Positions 27,680 to 38,200 of a DNA stretch of 64,000 nucleotides are shown piece by piece. This DNA is from Allosphingosinicella sp. (GTDB lineage Bacteria; Pseudomonadota; Alphaproteobacteria; Sphingomonadales; Sphingomonadaceae), in the NCBI GenBank assembly GCA_036398895.1, contig DASWOC010000026.1:62293-126292 (forward strand), in the 5' to 3' direction. Each line of letters starts with the position of its first letter. The stretch's first letter is position 1. The translations under genes were made by a program, and so were the position numbers. Under the pieces are notes generated by a model. That model saw only the letters and a list, made by a program, of their open reading frames with translations, was not told the DNA's origin and did no database searches.

Positions 27680-29335
27680 TTGCGCTTCGACGATATGATC
27701 GCGACGGTGCTGAGGCAGCCTGAGGGGCCTGCGTCCGCGGCCCAGTCCAAGTGGCGGCAGCTGGTCGACCTCGCCGCCCAGAGGCGAGAGGCTCCCGAAG
27801 GGGATCTGGCGGAGGCCCTCGAGTGGCTGCGCAGCAGGCGGGCCAACGTTCCGCTCGACCAGCGCGTCGCGGCGGCCTGCAGCCTGAGCGGACGCCGAAT
27901 CTCTGAAGAGGTGGTGGCGCTTTTCGCCGACGATCATCCAAGCGTTGCCTGCGCCTTCCTGCCTGCGGTACGGCTCGACGCCGCCACATGGCTGCGCATT
28001 CTGCCGCGGTTGAACCCGACGGCGAGGGGCCTGCTGCGCCACCGGCGGGATCTGCCGCAGGAGGTGGTGCAGGGGCTTGCAAGCTTCGGACGCAGCGATT
28101 TCGCTCTCTCCGGCACGGTTGCCGCCCCTCAGGACATCGCATCCGCCCCCATCAATCCCGCAGTGGAGCGGAGCGAGGCTCAGATCCGGGAGCTCGTCGC
28201 CCGGATCGAGAATTTCCGGCGGCGGCGCGATGCCGAGATCGCGACGACGTCGGCCGAGGTGGCGCCGATCGAAGAGTTCCAGTGGGAGACCGGGCCCGAC
28301 GGAGTCATCCTCTGGGTTGACGGAGCGCCGCGAGGTCCGCTCGTGGGCGAAAGCATCGCCTCCATCGCCGAACGGGGCGAGTTTGGAGTCGACGGGCAGG
28401 CCGCGGGAGCGTTCGAAAAGAGATCGCCGTTCAGGGACGCCAGGTTCAGCGTGCCCGGCGTTGGCGCCGCCTCGGGCGATTGGCGGATTTCGGGCGTTCC
28501 TTTCTTCGATCCGGCCAGCGGTACGTTCCTCGGCTATCGGGGGAGCGCCCGCCGTCCCCGTCTCGACGAGGTCGCTCACGGCTCAGGAGGCGAGGAGGGG
28601 CGGGCCGGCCTGTTCGGGACCGACCTTCCCGCCGATTCTCTCAGGCAGCTCATCCATGAGCTGCGCACGCCGCTCAACGCGATCATCGGCTTCGCCGAAT
28701 TGATCGACGGCCAGTTCATGGGTCCCGCGGCGCTCAGCTACCGGGCTCGCGCGGGGGATATCATGGACCAGGCGCGTCGCCTTCTCTCGGCCGTCGACGA
28801 CCTCGACACCGCAGCGCGGATCGAGACGCGCCGGCTTCAGCTCTCCGAAACCTCGGTCGATGCAGTGGCGCTCCTTTGCCGCCTCCACGACGCCTATGAG
28901 AAGGTGGCCCAGCAACGCGGCAGCCGCATCGTTGTGGAGATCGAGCGCGATCTGCCCTGGGCCAAGGTCGAGCTGGACGCCGCTGAGCGCATGTTCGCTC
29001 GAATGCTTGCCGCCACGACCGGCCTCGCGCGCGAGGGCGAGACGATCTGCGCTACAATGATGAGCGAGGAGAGGGGAGGGTGCCGGATGCTCCGCCTCTC
29101 TATCGACCGCCCGCAGGCGATCGATGGGCTGGACGAGAAGGCGCTGCTCGACCCCGGTTACAGCCCTGAAGGCGATTGGCCCGGGGCTCCGGCGCTCGGC
29201 CTTGGCTTCGCGCTCCGGCTGGTGCGCAACCTCGCCGAAGCCGTGGGCGGCGAGCTTGTCATCGGCGAGCGGCGATTCTCGCTGTACCTCCCACCGCTCC
29301 AGGCGGCCGAGCGCTCCTCCGAACAGAGCCTCTGA
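27680..29335 (+). CDS. Histidine kinase-like protein with intact H-box and degenerate ATPase domain
   Basis: H-box HELRTPLNAIIGFAELI. No canonical N-box Asn or DxGxG. Probable TTG start at 27680 after gagga. Confidence 0.8.
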   Translation: MRFDDMIATVLRQPEGPASAAQSKWRQLVDLAAQRREAPEGDLAEALEWLRSRRANVPLDQRVAAACSLSGRRISEEVVALFADDHPSVACAFLPAVRLDAATWLRILPRLNPTARGLLRHRRDLPQEVVQGLASFGRSDFALSGTVAAPQDIASAPINPAVERSEAQIRELVARIENFRRRRDAEIATTSAEVAPIEEFQWETGPDGVILWVDGAPRGPLVGESIASIAERGEFGVDGQAAGAFEKRSPFRDARFSVPGVGAASGDWRISGVPFFDPASGTFLGYRGSARRPRLDEVAHGSGGEEGRAGLFGTDLPADSLRQLIHELRTPLNAIIGFAELIDGQFMGPAALSYRARAGDIMDQARRLLSAVDDLDTAARIETRRLQLSETSVDAVALLCRLHDAYEKVAQQRGSRIVVEIERDLPWAKVELDAAERMFARMLAATTGLAREGETICATMMSEERGGCRMLRLSIDRPQAIDGLDEKALLDPGYSPEGDWPGAPALGLGFALRLVRNLAEAVGGELVIGERRFSLYLPPLQAAERSSEQSL

Positions 29336-29338
29336 GCG

Positions 29339-30373
29339 GTGGCGTCTACAGCTCCGGCGAAGGAAGAGGCCGTGTCCGGCCGTCTCGACCGCCCTCCGCC
29401 GGAAGACCGCTACATCCGGCTCCCCGACAGCTTCGGCCGCCGCTTCACGGTGTTCTGCGATACTGAGGAGGAGTTCGACTGGTCGAAACCGCTGGCCCGG
29501 GAGAACCGCTCCACGAGCCACATGGCGGCAATGCCCGCGATGCAGGAGCGGTTCCGGCGCCGCGGGGTCGTTCCTGTCTACCTCATCGACCATCCCATCG
29601 CCACCGACCGAGCCTCGGCCGCCATGCTGCGCGAGTGGCTGGAGAGCGGCGAGTGCTCGGTCGGAACGCAGCTTCATCCCTGGGTGAACCCTCCGTTCGA
29701 AGAAGAAGTCATCCCTTTCAACAGCTTCACCGGCAATCTTCCAAGGCCGTTGCAACGGGCGAAGCTTGCCGTGCTGACGGAGGCGATCGAAGCGGCGGTA
29801 GGGCGACGGCCGACCGTCTATCGGGCCGGGCGCTACGGCATCGGCCCCGACACGGCCGCCCTGCTGAGCGAATTCGGCTACGATGCCGACGTGTCGGTTC
29901 GAGCCCTGTTCGATTATCGCGACGGGGGCGGGCCCGATTTCTCCCAAGTGCGGCCTTTGCCGTTTCGCGTGGGGGACGGCTCGCTCCTCGAGCTCCCGCT
30001 CAGCGCCGCCTATGTCGGAGCGCTCCGCGGGAGCGGCGCTCGTCTCTACCCGGCCGCCGCCCGGCTGCCCAAAGGACATGGCCTTCTTGCCCGGACCGGG
30101 CTCCTCAGTCGCGTGCCGCTGACGCCGGAGGATGTGCCCCTGCCGGAGGCGCTCGCGGCGGTTCGGGCCCTGATGGCGGAGGGGGTGCGCTGGCTCAGCA
30201 TTTCCTTCCACTCGCCGTCGGTGGAGGCGGGGCATACGCCTTTCGTCCGCAACGCCGCGGAGCTTGAGCGTTTCTACGCTTGGTGGGAGGGGCTGTTCGA
30301 CTTCTTCGAGAGCCAGGGCATCGGCCCGGCTACGGTGGAGGAGACGATCGCCGCGGCTCGCGCGGCTTCCTGA
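29339..30373 (+). CDS. Polysaccharide deacetylase-family (WalW-like) protein
   Basis: FTVFCDTEEEFDW, GTQLHPWVNPP, YRAGRYG and SFHSPS. The start may be GTG 29372. Confidence 0.85.
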   Translation: MASTAPAKEEAVSGRLDRPPPEDRYIRLPDSFGRRFTVFCDTEEEFDWSKPLARENRSTSHMAAMPAMQERFRRRGVVPVYLIDHPIATDRASAAMLREWLESGECSVGTQLHPWVNPPFEEEVIPFNSFTGNLPRPLQRAKLAVLTEAIEAAVGRRPTVYRAGRYGIGPDTAALLSEFGYDADVSVRALFDYRDGGGPDFSQVRPLPFRVGDGSLLELPLSAAYVGALRGSGARLYPAAARLPKGHGLLARTGLLSRVPLTPEDVPLPEALAAVRALMAEGVRWLSISFHSPSVEAGHTPFVRNAAELERFYAWWEGLFDFFESQGIGPATVEETIAAARAAS

Positions 30374-30428
30374 TCCGCCGCCTTGCGCTCGCTGCCGCCG
30401 CTGCCTATCCGGTGGCCGAGCTCGGTAT

Positions 30429-30503
30429 GGGCCTGTAGCTCAACGGTAGAGCCGGCCGCTCATAACGGCTAGGTTGGGGGTTCGAATCCCTCCGGGCCCA
30501 CCA
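30429..30503 (+). tRNA. tRNA-Ile2 (CAU, lysidine type)
   Basis: GGGCCTG/CGGGCCC acceptor stem, anticodon arm ggccg-ctCATaa-cggct, TTCGAAT T-loop and encoded CCA. The paired 1-72 and A73 argue against fMet. Elongator Met is less likely but not excluded. Confidence 0.85.
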
Positions 30504-30509
30504 AAAAAC

Positions 30510-30573
30510 TCGGATCAAAGTGATACTTTGATCTGGCATTGTGCGGCCGGCTCAAAGTACCACTTTGATCCGA
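30510..30573. repeat. Nested inverted repeat (two palindromic units in inverted orientation) between the tRNAs
   Basis: Unit 1 cggatcaaagtgatactttgatctgg and the reverse complement of unit 2 match at 23/26. Each unit is itself a (ga)tcaaagt-N3-actttga(tc) hairpin. Confidence 0.8.
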
Positions 30574-30582
30574 ATCCTTTGT

Positions 30583-30659
<77 letters not shown>

Positions 30660-30682
30660 ACTTACATTTAGTGACCAGTTGC

Positions 30683-32053
30683 TCAGCTGGCGGCGGCTCC
30701 CTGTGCGCCCCCACGCTCAACGGCCGGAAGCTGGATGTGAGCACATAGGCCTCCCGCCGGACGCCGACTAAGCCAGACATCGCCGCCATGGCCGCGGGCG
30801 ATGCCCCTGGCCAAGGCGAGCCCGAGCCCGACCCCGCCGGTGGCGGGATCGCGTGAATCATCGCCTCTTTCGAACGGCATGAACATGCGCTCCAGGGCCT
30901 CCTCTTCGATCCCCGGACCCTCGTCCTCGACGAGTATGAGCGCCATCGGGCCGGCGCGAAGCACACGACATCGGGCTCCTCCCCCATATTTGACGGCGTT
31001 ATCGAGGAGGTTCCCGACCAGCCTGCGCAAAGCCAATGGGTCTCCGCAAACCTCGACCGCTTCTGCGTCCGTCAACGTGACGTCCGCGCCGGTCTCGGCA
31101 AGGTCATCGATGACGGAATCCACAAGAGCGGGCAAATGGAGCCGCTGCCGGGTTATGTGCTCTTCGCCCCGGACGAAGGCGAGGACGCCGCTGATCATCG
31201 CATCCATCTGTTCGATATCCCGCACAATCCGGTCACGATGCTCAGACGGGGCATATTCGGCGCGGAAGCGTAGCCGGGTGAGCGGGGTACGAAGGTCGTG
31301 GGCGATGGCGGCGAGAAGCTTGGTGCGTTCCTCGACCGCCGCCCGGATCCGGCGCTGCATTTCCGCGAGGGCCCGAGCCGCGGTGCGCACCTCCTTCGGA
31401 CCCGTGACACTGAAGACGGCCTCGGGATCGCCCTGGCCCGCGCGCTCGGCCGTTTCGGCGAAGGTGCGGATCGGAGCGATGAGCCGCCGTGTGAACAGCC
31501 AGGCGAGGGGCACGAGCAACATCGCGCCTCCGGCCAGCCAGACCAGCAGGAACATGCCGATATGGCCGAGCCAAGGCGAGTGCCGGCCGACGATCACCCA
31601 GCGTCCATCGGCAATGGGGGCCGCAACGACGAGCTCTTCGAAATCCCTCCCTTTATCAAAAGGGCGGAAGGAGGCGGCCGCTCGCGACGTTACAGGGTGG
31701 AAAATCCGTAACGCCGAGGTGCCCCAAGGCAAATGGAACTCGCGTTCGGCCAGCACCTGCGCGGGAGAAGTACCCAGCAGGCCCGCCAGCGTAGCGCGCG
31801 CGCCCCGCTCATAATCGTCGTCCCGCTCCCAGCCGGCCGGGGGAGTGCTCACAATCCTGACGGAGAGGCTCTCATGCTCGGGCGGGGCTGGCGCGGCGCG
31901 GACGGCCGCGGCGACATCCTCGAAGGTCAGGGACGGGCGCGCGGCATCCATAGAGCGGAATGCAACCAGCATGATCAGCTGAGCGGCGATCGAAGTCAGA
32001 GCGACGAGCGCGAGCGCCTGCACGAAGATGGAGGCGCGGGCGAGGCGCCTCAT
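30683..32053 (-). CDS. Membrane sensor histidine kinase (HAMP-HisKA-HATPase)
   Basis: Two TM segments, [27 protein letters not shown] and GGVGLGLA. Confidence 0.93.
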   Translation of the reverse strand: MRRLARASIFVQALALVALTSIAAQLIMLVAFRSMDAARPSLTFEDVAAAVRAAPAPPEHESLSVRIVSTPPAGWERDDDYERGARATLAGLLGTSPAQVLAEREFHLPWGTSALRIFHPVTSRAAASFRPFDKGRDFEELVVAAPIADGRWVIVGRHSPWLGHIGMFLLVWLAGGAMLLVPLAWLFTRRLIAPIRTFAETAERAGQGDPEAVFSVTGPKEVRTAARALAEMQRRIRAAVEERTKLLAAIAHDLRTPLTRLRFRAEYAPSEHRDRIVRDIEQMDAMISGVLAFVRGEEHITRQRLHLPALVDSVIDDLAETGADVTLTDAEAVEVCGDPLALRRLVGNLLDNAVKYGGGARCRVLRAGPMALILVEDEGPGIEEEALERMFMPFERGDDSRDPATGGVGLGLALARGIARGHGGDVWLSRRPAGGLCAHIQLPAVERGGAQGAAAS

Positions 32054-32793
32054 TGCAGCACCGGGCGAACCGCGAACATATATCCTTCGTTTCGTACCGT
32101 GACGATCAGGTCGCCGCCGTCTGGCCCACTGAGCTTCTTCCTGAGGCGGCTCACCTGCACATCGATCGCTCGGTCATAGACGTCCGCGTTCGGACCTCTC
32201 GCGATGTCGAGGAGCTGATCGCGGGTGAGGATGCGCAGGGGGCGTTCCAGGAAGGCCGTGAGCAGCCTGAACTCGCCGGAAGACAGGGGCACCGTCACTC
32301 CGGCCGGCGAGCGGAGCTCCCGCCGACGCGGGTGGAAGGACCAGCCGGCGAAGTAGTAAGAATCTCCTTGGGTAGGCTCTGCGCCTTCCTGGCGGCGAAG
32401 GACCGCGCGTACGCGCGCGAGGAGCTCGCGAGGGCTGCAGGGCTTCGGCAGATAATCGTCCGCCCCGAGTTCGAGCCCAACGATCCGGTCCGTCTCCTCG
32501 CCCAGCGCGCTGAGCATGATCACGGGAACGCGCGCGCCGGCGGAGAGCCTGCGGCAGATGGAGAGGCCGTCTTCCCCCGGCAGCATGAGGTCGAGGACGA
32601 TCAGAGCGGGGCGTTCGGCGGCGATCAGCCGGTCCATCTCGGCGCCGCTGCCCGCGGAGGCCACGCGGAAGCCGTGCTGCATGAGGAAGTCCCCGATCAG
32701 CTGCCGGATTTCGGGATCGTCGTCGACCAGCAGGATGAGATCCCCCGCCTCAGCGCCTGATTTGTCCATGCCAGCCTTCTCCGCCCCTGCCAT
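32050..32793 (-). CDS. OmpR-family response regulator
   Basis: LLVDDD, VLDLMLPG, GADDYLPKP and winged helix RAIDVQVSRLRKK...TVRNEGY. Confidence 0.95.
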   Translation of the reverse strand: MAGAEKAGMDKSGAEAGDLILLVDDDPEIRQLIGDFLMQHGFRVASAGSGAEMDRLIAAERPALIVLDLMLPGEDGLSICRRLSAGARVPVIMLSALGEETDRIVGLELGADDYLPKPCSPRELLARVRAVLRRQEGAEPTQGDSYYFAGWSFHPRRRELRSPAGVTVPLSSGEFRLLTAFLERPLRILTRDQLLDIARGPNADVYDRAIDVQVSRLRKKLSGPDGGDLIVTVRNEGYMFAVRPVLQ

Positions 32794-32895
32794 TTCCTCA
32801 CTATTTCAGAATCGCAACAAAGGCGAAATCGCCTGAAATTCGGCGGCAACGTCGCTCGTCCACGTTGCTCCCTCACCCTGACTTAGGAAGCTCTC

Positions 32896-34326
32896 ATGAA
32901 ACCCCTCATTCTCTTTCTCGGCGTCGTCTCCAGCGCAGGCGTGGCACAGACCATCGATCCTGCTGCGGTGACGGAAATCCTAGAAAGCTCCGACCGTCTA
33001 GAAGCGCCAGGATGCGTCGCGGGCGCTTTTCGCAACGGTTCCCCGATCTTCGTGAGGGGGGCCGGAGTCGCCGATCTTCAGAGAAAGAAGCCGCTGAACG
33101 GCGACAGCGTCTTTCCGGCAGCTTCGGTTTCCAAGCAGTTCACCGCCTTGGCGGCGGCCAAGTTGATCGAACAAGGTAAGCTCAGCCTCGACGACGACGC
33201 CGGAAAATACCTGCCCGAGCTCCGCACGCAGGACGCTCCCGTCACCGTTGGGATGCTGATGCACAACACGTCAGGCGTGAAGGACTGGATTGCCCTTCTA
33301 CTGCTCTCCGGCGGTGAGGTGTCCGCTATTAGTCGGGTGGAGGCCCTTGGCCTGCTTTTGAAGCAGAAGACGAACTTCACGCCTGGAACTCGCTGGGAAT
33401 ATTCCAATGGCGGCTTCCTGCTGCTTTCCGAGATCGTTGCCCGTGCCTCTGGTATGCCCTTTGAGGCTTATGCCACGAAGGTAATTTTGAAGCCTCTGGG
33501 AATGAAGAAATCGATGTTCATGAACGGAGCTCTTCCAAAGACGGCGAACCTTGTCAGCGGCCACGTGCCGGAGGTGGGGGGCTACGCACCTGAGAATGAT
33601 TATGCCCGGATCAGCGGAGCAGGTGGCTTGATGACGACAATGAACGACCTCGCAAAATATGAAAGAGATGTCGCGATCGGGGGGCGGGTATGGACGCCGG
33701 CCGTGCGCAAAATCATGCTGACACCGGGCAAGCTTACCTCCGGTGAGGCGGCAGTGACGAACACAGGTACGGGCTATGGCGGGGGCCTCTATATCGGGCA
33801 GCGCTACGGACAGGAGTTCGTGGCGCACCTGGGAGGGAATGCGGGCTTTGCGATGGCCTATTTACGGATGCCCGAGCGAAAGCTGGGGGTCATCTTGAAC
33901 TGCAACCACGTGGAAGCGAACGTCACTCAGAAGGGCCAAAAGCTCATCGAGCTGATCGAAGGAGACATATTGTCGAGTCCTGGAAATTCAGGTCAGCTAA
34001 AGCAGGCCCCTGCTCCAGCCTCGTCCACGGCGCAGGCACCTAAAGCCGCTGCGGCGGCTGTAAAGGTGCCGGCAAATGTATCGGGGAAATATGTTTCTGA
34101 CGAACTTCCGGCCAGCTATGAGCTCTCCGAGAAGGACGGGCAGCTGGAGGTGACAATCCTTTCCCCGTTCGCTCCCGCGTCGGGCATAAAGGTCCGAAAT
34201 TTCAAGGCGCTTCCGAACGGCTCCTTCCAGGGCGGCCCTCTGACGATCAGGTTCGAGCCGGACGGAAAGGGCCTCACGGTCAGCGGGGGCGCGGCGAAGG
34301 ACATCCGCTTCTATCGCGCGCCTTAA
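32896..34326 (+). CDS. Secreted serine hydrolase (beta-lactamase class C/AmpC-like family)
   Basis: Signal peptide, SxxK (SVSK), YSN, HLGG, and an Ala/Pro linker followed by a small C-terminal domain. Confidence 0.88.
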   Translation: MKPLILFLGVVSSAGVAQTIDPAAVTEILESSDRLEAPGCVAGAFRNGSPIFVRGAGVADLQRKKPLNGDSVFPAASVSKQFTALAAAKLIEQGKLSLDDDAGKYLPELRTQDAPVTVGMLMHNTSGVKDWIALLLLSGGEVSAISRVEALGLLLKQKTNFTPGTRWEYSNGGFLLLSEIVARASGMPFEAYATKVILKPLGMKKSMFMNGALPKTANLVSGHVPEVGGYAPENDYARISGAGGLMTTMNDLAKYERDVAIGGRVWTPAVRKIMLTPGKLTSGEAAVTNTGTGYGGGLYIGQRYGQEFVAHLGGNAGFAMAYLRMPERKLGVILNCNHVEANVTQKGQKLIELIEGDILSSPGNSGQLKQAPAPASSTAQAPKAAAAAVKVPANVSGKYVSDELPASYELSEKDGQLEVTILSPFAPASGIKVRNFKALPNGSFQGGPLTIRFEPDGKGLTVSGGAAKDIRFYRAP

Positions 34327-34382
34327 GCTCGCTAGCAACGTCGTACCCGCACATCTCGGCCCGCAAGGAGAGGACGAAACCC

Positions 34383-35261
34383 ATGCTTGAACTGAACGAC
34401 GTCAGCCATGTCTATGCGAACGGCACACGCGCGCTCGACCACGTCAGCTTAAGCATACCGCGGGGCATGTACGGGCTGCTGGGGCCGAACGGCGCCGGCA
34501 AATCGACGCTGATGCGGACCGTTGCGACGCTACAGACGCCGACCGAAGGCTCGATCCGCTTCGGGGGCGTCGACGTCATTGCCGAGACCGAGAAGCTCAG
34601 GCGGACGCTCGGCTACCTCCCCCAGGATTTCGGAGTCTATCCCCGAGTTTCCGCCTACGACATGCTCGATCACATGGCGGTGCTGAAGGGCATCTCTTCC
34701 GCCTCCGACCGCAAGGCGACCGTCGAGACCTTGCTGAATCAGGTCAATCTTTGGAACGTGCGCAAGAAGGCGCTCGCGGGCTTTTCCGGCGGCATGCGGC
34801 AGCGCTTCGGGATCGCGCAGGCGCTGATCGGAAACCCTGAGCTCATCATTGTCGACGAGCCGACCGCCGGCCTCGATCCCGAAGAGCGCAACCGCTTCCT
34901 CAATCTCCTCGCGGAGATCGGCGAGAACGTCGTCGTGATCCTGTCCACCCACATCGTGGAGGACGTTTCCGATCTATGTCCGCGAATGGCGGTGCTTGCC
35001 GGCGGCCGTATCCAGCTCGAAGGAGCCCCGGCCGACCTCATCCAGTCCACGCGGGGCAAGATATGGATGAAGGCGATCGAGCGGTCGGAGCTGGAGCGCT
35101 ACCGCACGGACTATGAGCTCATCTCCACGCGCCTGTTCGCCGGGCGCACGGTGGTGCACATCCTCTCGGACGGCGATCCCCGCAACGGCTTCGCCTCCGT
35201 CGATGGGGGTCTCGAGGACGTCTATTTCTCGACGCTCGCTCAATCGCGCCGCGCCGCCTGA
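34383..35261 (+). CDS. ABC-2 type transporter ATP-binding protein
   Basis: Walker A GPNGAGKST, signature FSGGM and Walker B IIVDEPT. Confidence 0.95.
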   Translation: MLELNDVSHVYANGTRALDHVSLSIPRGMYGLLGPNGAGKSTLMRTVATLQTPTEGSIRFGGVDVIAETEKLRRTLGYLPQDFGVYPRVSAYDMLDHMAVLKGISSASDRKATVETLLNQVNLWNVRKKALAGFSGGMRQRFGIAQALIGNPELIIVDEPTAGLDPEERNRFLNLLAEIGENVVVILSTHIVEDVSDLCPRMAVLAGGRIQLEGAPADLIQSTRGKIWMKAIERSELERYRTDYELISTRLFAGRTVVHILSDGDPRNGFASVDGGLEDVYFSTLAQSRRAA

Positions 35262-35272
35262 GGAGCCGGGAC

Positions 35273-38200
35273 ATGTTCGCGAGGATCGCCGCTTTCGAGT
35301 TCCGCTACCTGCTCCGGAATCCGCTCCTGTGGATGACCGCGTCGGTGGTCTTCCTGCTGCCCTTCGCCTCGCTGGCGTTCGGCTTGGAGATGGAAGAGGA
35401 CGTCCGGGTCTTCAAGAACTCCCCGTACGAGGTGATCAGCAAGTACATGATCATCTCGTGCCTGTTCATGTTCGTAACGACGGTGTTCGTCTCCAACGCC
35501 GTCCTGCGGGACGACGAGACCGAGTTCGGACCGATCCTGCGATCCACCGGCATCCGCAAGTTCGACTATCTGTTCGGGCGATTCTTCGGCGCGCTGGCGA
35601 TGGTTGCGCTCTGCCTCGCGCTGGTCACTCCGGGGATCTTGCTCGGTTCCCTGATGCCGGGGGTGGACCCCGCGACCGTCGGCCCCAACAGGATCGCCGA
35701 CCATCTCTACGCCTACTTCCTGATCGCGCTCCCGAACGTCATTGTCACGGCCTCCGTCTTCTTTGCGCTGGCGACGGTCTCCCGCTCGATGATGGGCACC
35801 TACCTCGGGCTCCTCGTCTTCCTCGCCCTCTACTTCTTGCTCCTCGAGACGCTTGGAAACAGTTCCGAGCTCATTCGGAGTTTCGGTATCGCGGATCCCT
35901 TCGCAAACCGCGTCTTCAAGGATGCGACGCGCTTCTGGACGACTCCGGAACGCAACGTCCTGCTTCCGGAATTCTCCGGAACCCTGCTCTACAACCGCCT
36001 GCTATGGATCGGCATCTCGGCCCTCTTTCTGGCAATCGCCTATTTCGGCTTCGATTTTTCCAAGAGGAAAGGTTCCCGCGGCAGGCGCAGAAAGCAGAAA
36101 ATGGCCGATATGGCGGCTGCCGGCGACGCTATCGCAGGCGCTTCCCGTCAGCCTCTTCCATCGCCCCAGCATGACCGTAAGGCGGCCTGGACGCTCCTGG
36201 CGGCGCGCACTCGCTTCGAGGTGAAGCAGGTGGTGAAGAGCCCCGCCTTCGTCCTTCTCATCCTCTACGCCTCTTTCCTCACGCTCTCCGTACTGATTGC
36301 CTATCGGAATCCCGACGGCAGGCCCAGCTACCCACTCACCTCGACGCTCATTCCCCAGCTCGAGGAGATCTTCATCGTCATCCCGCTGGTGCTCGTCTTC
36401 ATCTACGCGGGCGAGCTGGTCTGGCGGGAGCGGGAGCGGCGGATACACGAGATCATGGATGCCGCTCCTCACCCGAACTGGGCCTATGTCGTGCCCAAAG
36501 CCACGGCGATCGCTCTCCTGCTCTTCGCGATGTTCGCGGCAAGCGCGGCCGTGGCGGTGGCGGTCCAGCTCTCCCTCGGCTTCACCAGGGTGGAGCTCGG
36601 CACCTACCTCCTCTGGTACGTGCTGCCGATGACATGGGATGCGGTGCTCCTGGCGGCGCTCGCCATTGCGGTGCAGGTGCTCAGCCCCCACAAGTTCATC
36701 GGCTGGGGTGTCATGCTCCTCTACATAGGCGCCGGTTTTACAGGCCTCATGCCGGGCCACAATTTGCTCAGCTATGGAGGCGTTCCACCGATCAGTTACA
36801 GCGACATGGACGGAATCAGCTCCTTTTGGGAGGGGCCGTGGGTGTTCCGGCTCTACTGGGGATCCGTCGCCGTCCTGCTGCTGGTCGCTGCCCACCTGCT
36901 ATGGAGGCGCGGAACGGAGACCAGGCTGAAGTCGAGGCTGAAGCAGGCCGCCGCACGCTTTACCGGCGCGCCAAGGATAGTCGCTGGCGGCGCGCTCCTG
37001 ACCTTCGCGGCGACCGGTGCCTACGCTTATTACAATACGAACGTCCTCAACCGCTATGAGGCGCCCGAAGAGGGCGAGGCCTGGTCGGCCGAATACGAGA
37101 AGAAGTACATCAAGTTCGCGACCCTGCCCCAGCCGGCCATTTCCCACGTGAAGCTCGACGTCGCGCTCTATCCCGAGGAGCGCCGCGCGACCGTAAAGGG
37201 CACCTACCTGCTCAAAAACCTCGAAGCCCGACCGATCCCGGAGGTGCACGTTCTGCTGCTCGACCGCGATCTGAAGCTGATCGACGTTGCCGTGGAGGGC
37301 GGACGACTGGCATCCGAGGATGACAAGTTCGGCTATCGCATCTTCCGCCTCGACCGCCCGATGGCTCCGGGCGAGACTCGCCTGATGAGGTTCGAGACGC
37401 AGCGGTGGCATCGCGGCTTCGGCAACGGCGCGCCGAACACGAGGATCGCCGACAACGGCACCTTCCTCAGCAACGATGAGCTGCTGCCCGGAATCGGCAT
37501 GCGCGGCGAACCCAAGGTGATGGGCGGGGCGCGGAGCAAATACGGACTTCCGCCGCGGCCGTGGCCGCCGAAGCTCGGCGATCCCGCCGCGGTCAGAAAT
37601 GCGAACGGCAGGGGGTCGTGGACGACTGCCGACATCACCTTGTCGACGGCCGCCGGTCAGACGCCGGTCGCCCCCGGCAAGAAGGTGTCGGACCTCACTA
37701 AGGGCGGCCGCCGGGTTGCACGTTTCGTCTCGGACGTGCCGATCCGCAGCTCCTTCGCCGTGCAGTCCGCTCGCTATGCCGAACGGCATCGCCGGTACCG
37801 GAACATCGATCTTGCGGTCTACCATCATCCTGGCCACGCCTGGAACGTCGACCGCATGCTCAGGATGCTGGAGGCGTCACTCGCTTATTACGAGGCGAAT
37901 TTCGGCCCTTACCAGTTCGGCCAGGCGAGAATCGTCGAATTTCCAAGCTATGGAGCGAACTTTGCCCAGGCCTTCGCGAACACCATCCCGAACTCGGAAA
38001 CGCTCGGTTTCATCGCCGATCTAAGGTCACCCGACGCTCTGGACTATGTCACGGCGAACGTGGCGCACGAGATGGCGCACCAATATTGGGGCCACCAGCT
38101 CACACCGGCGGAAATGCAGGGGGCCATGGTGCTCGTGGAAACGCTTGCCCAATATTCGGCCCTCATGGTGATGCGTGAGGTCAAGGGCGAGGATCAGATC

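Noticed and set aside
34340-34382. Hammerhead-like fragment (ggacgaaac) upstream of the ABC ATPase
   Set aside because: The CUGANGA core and the required stems are absent. The segment is explained by the RBS region.
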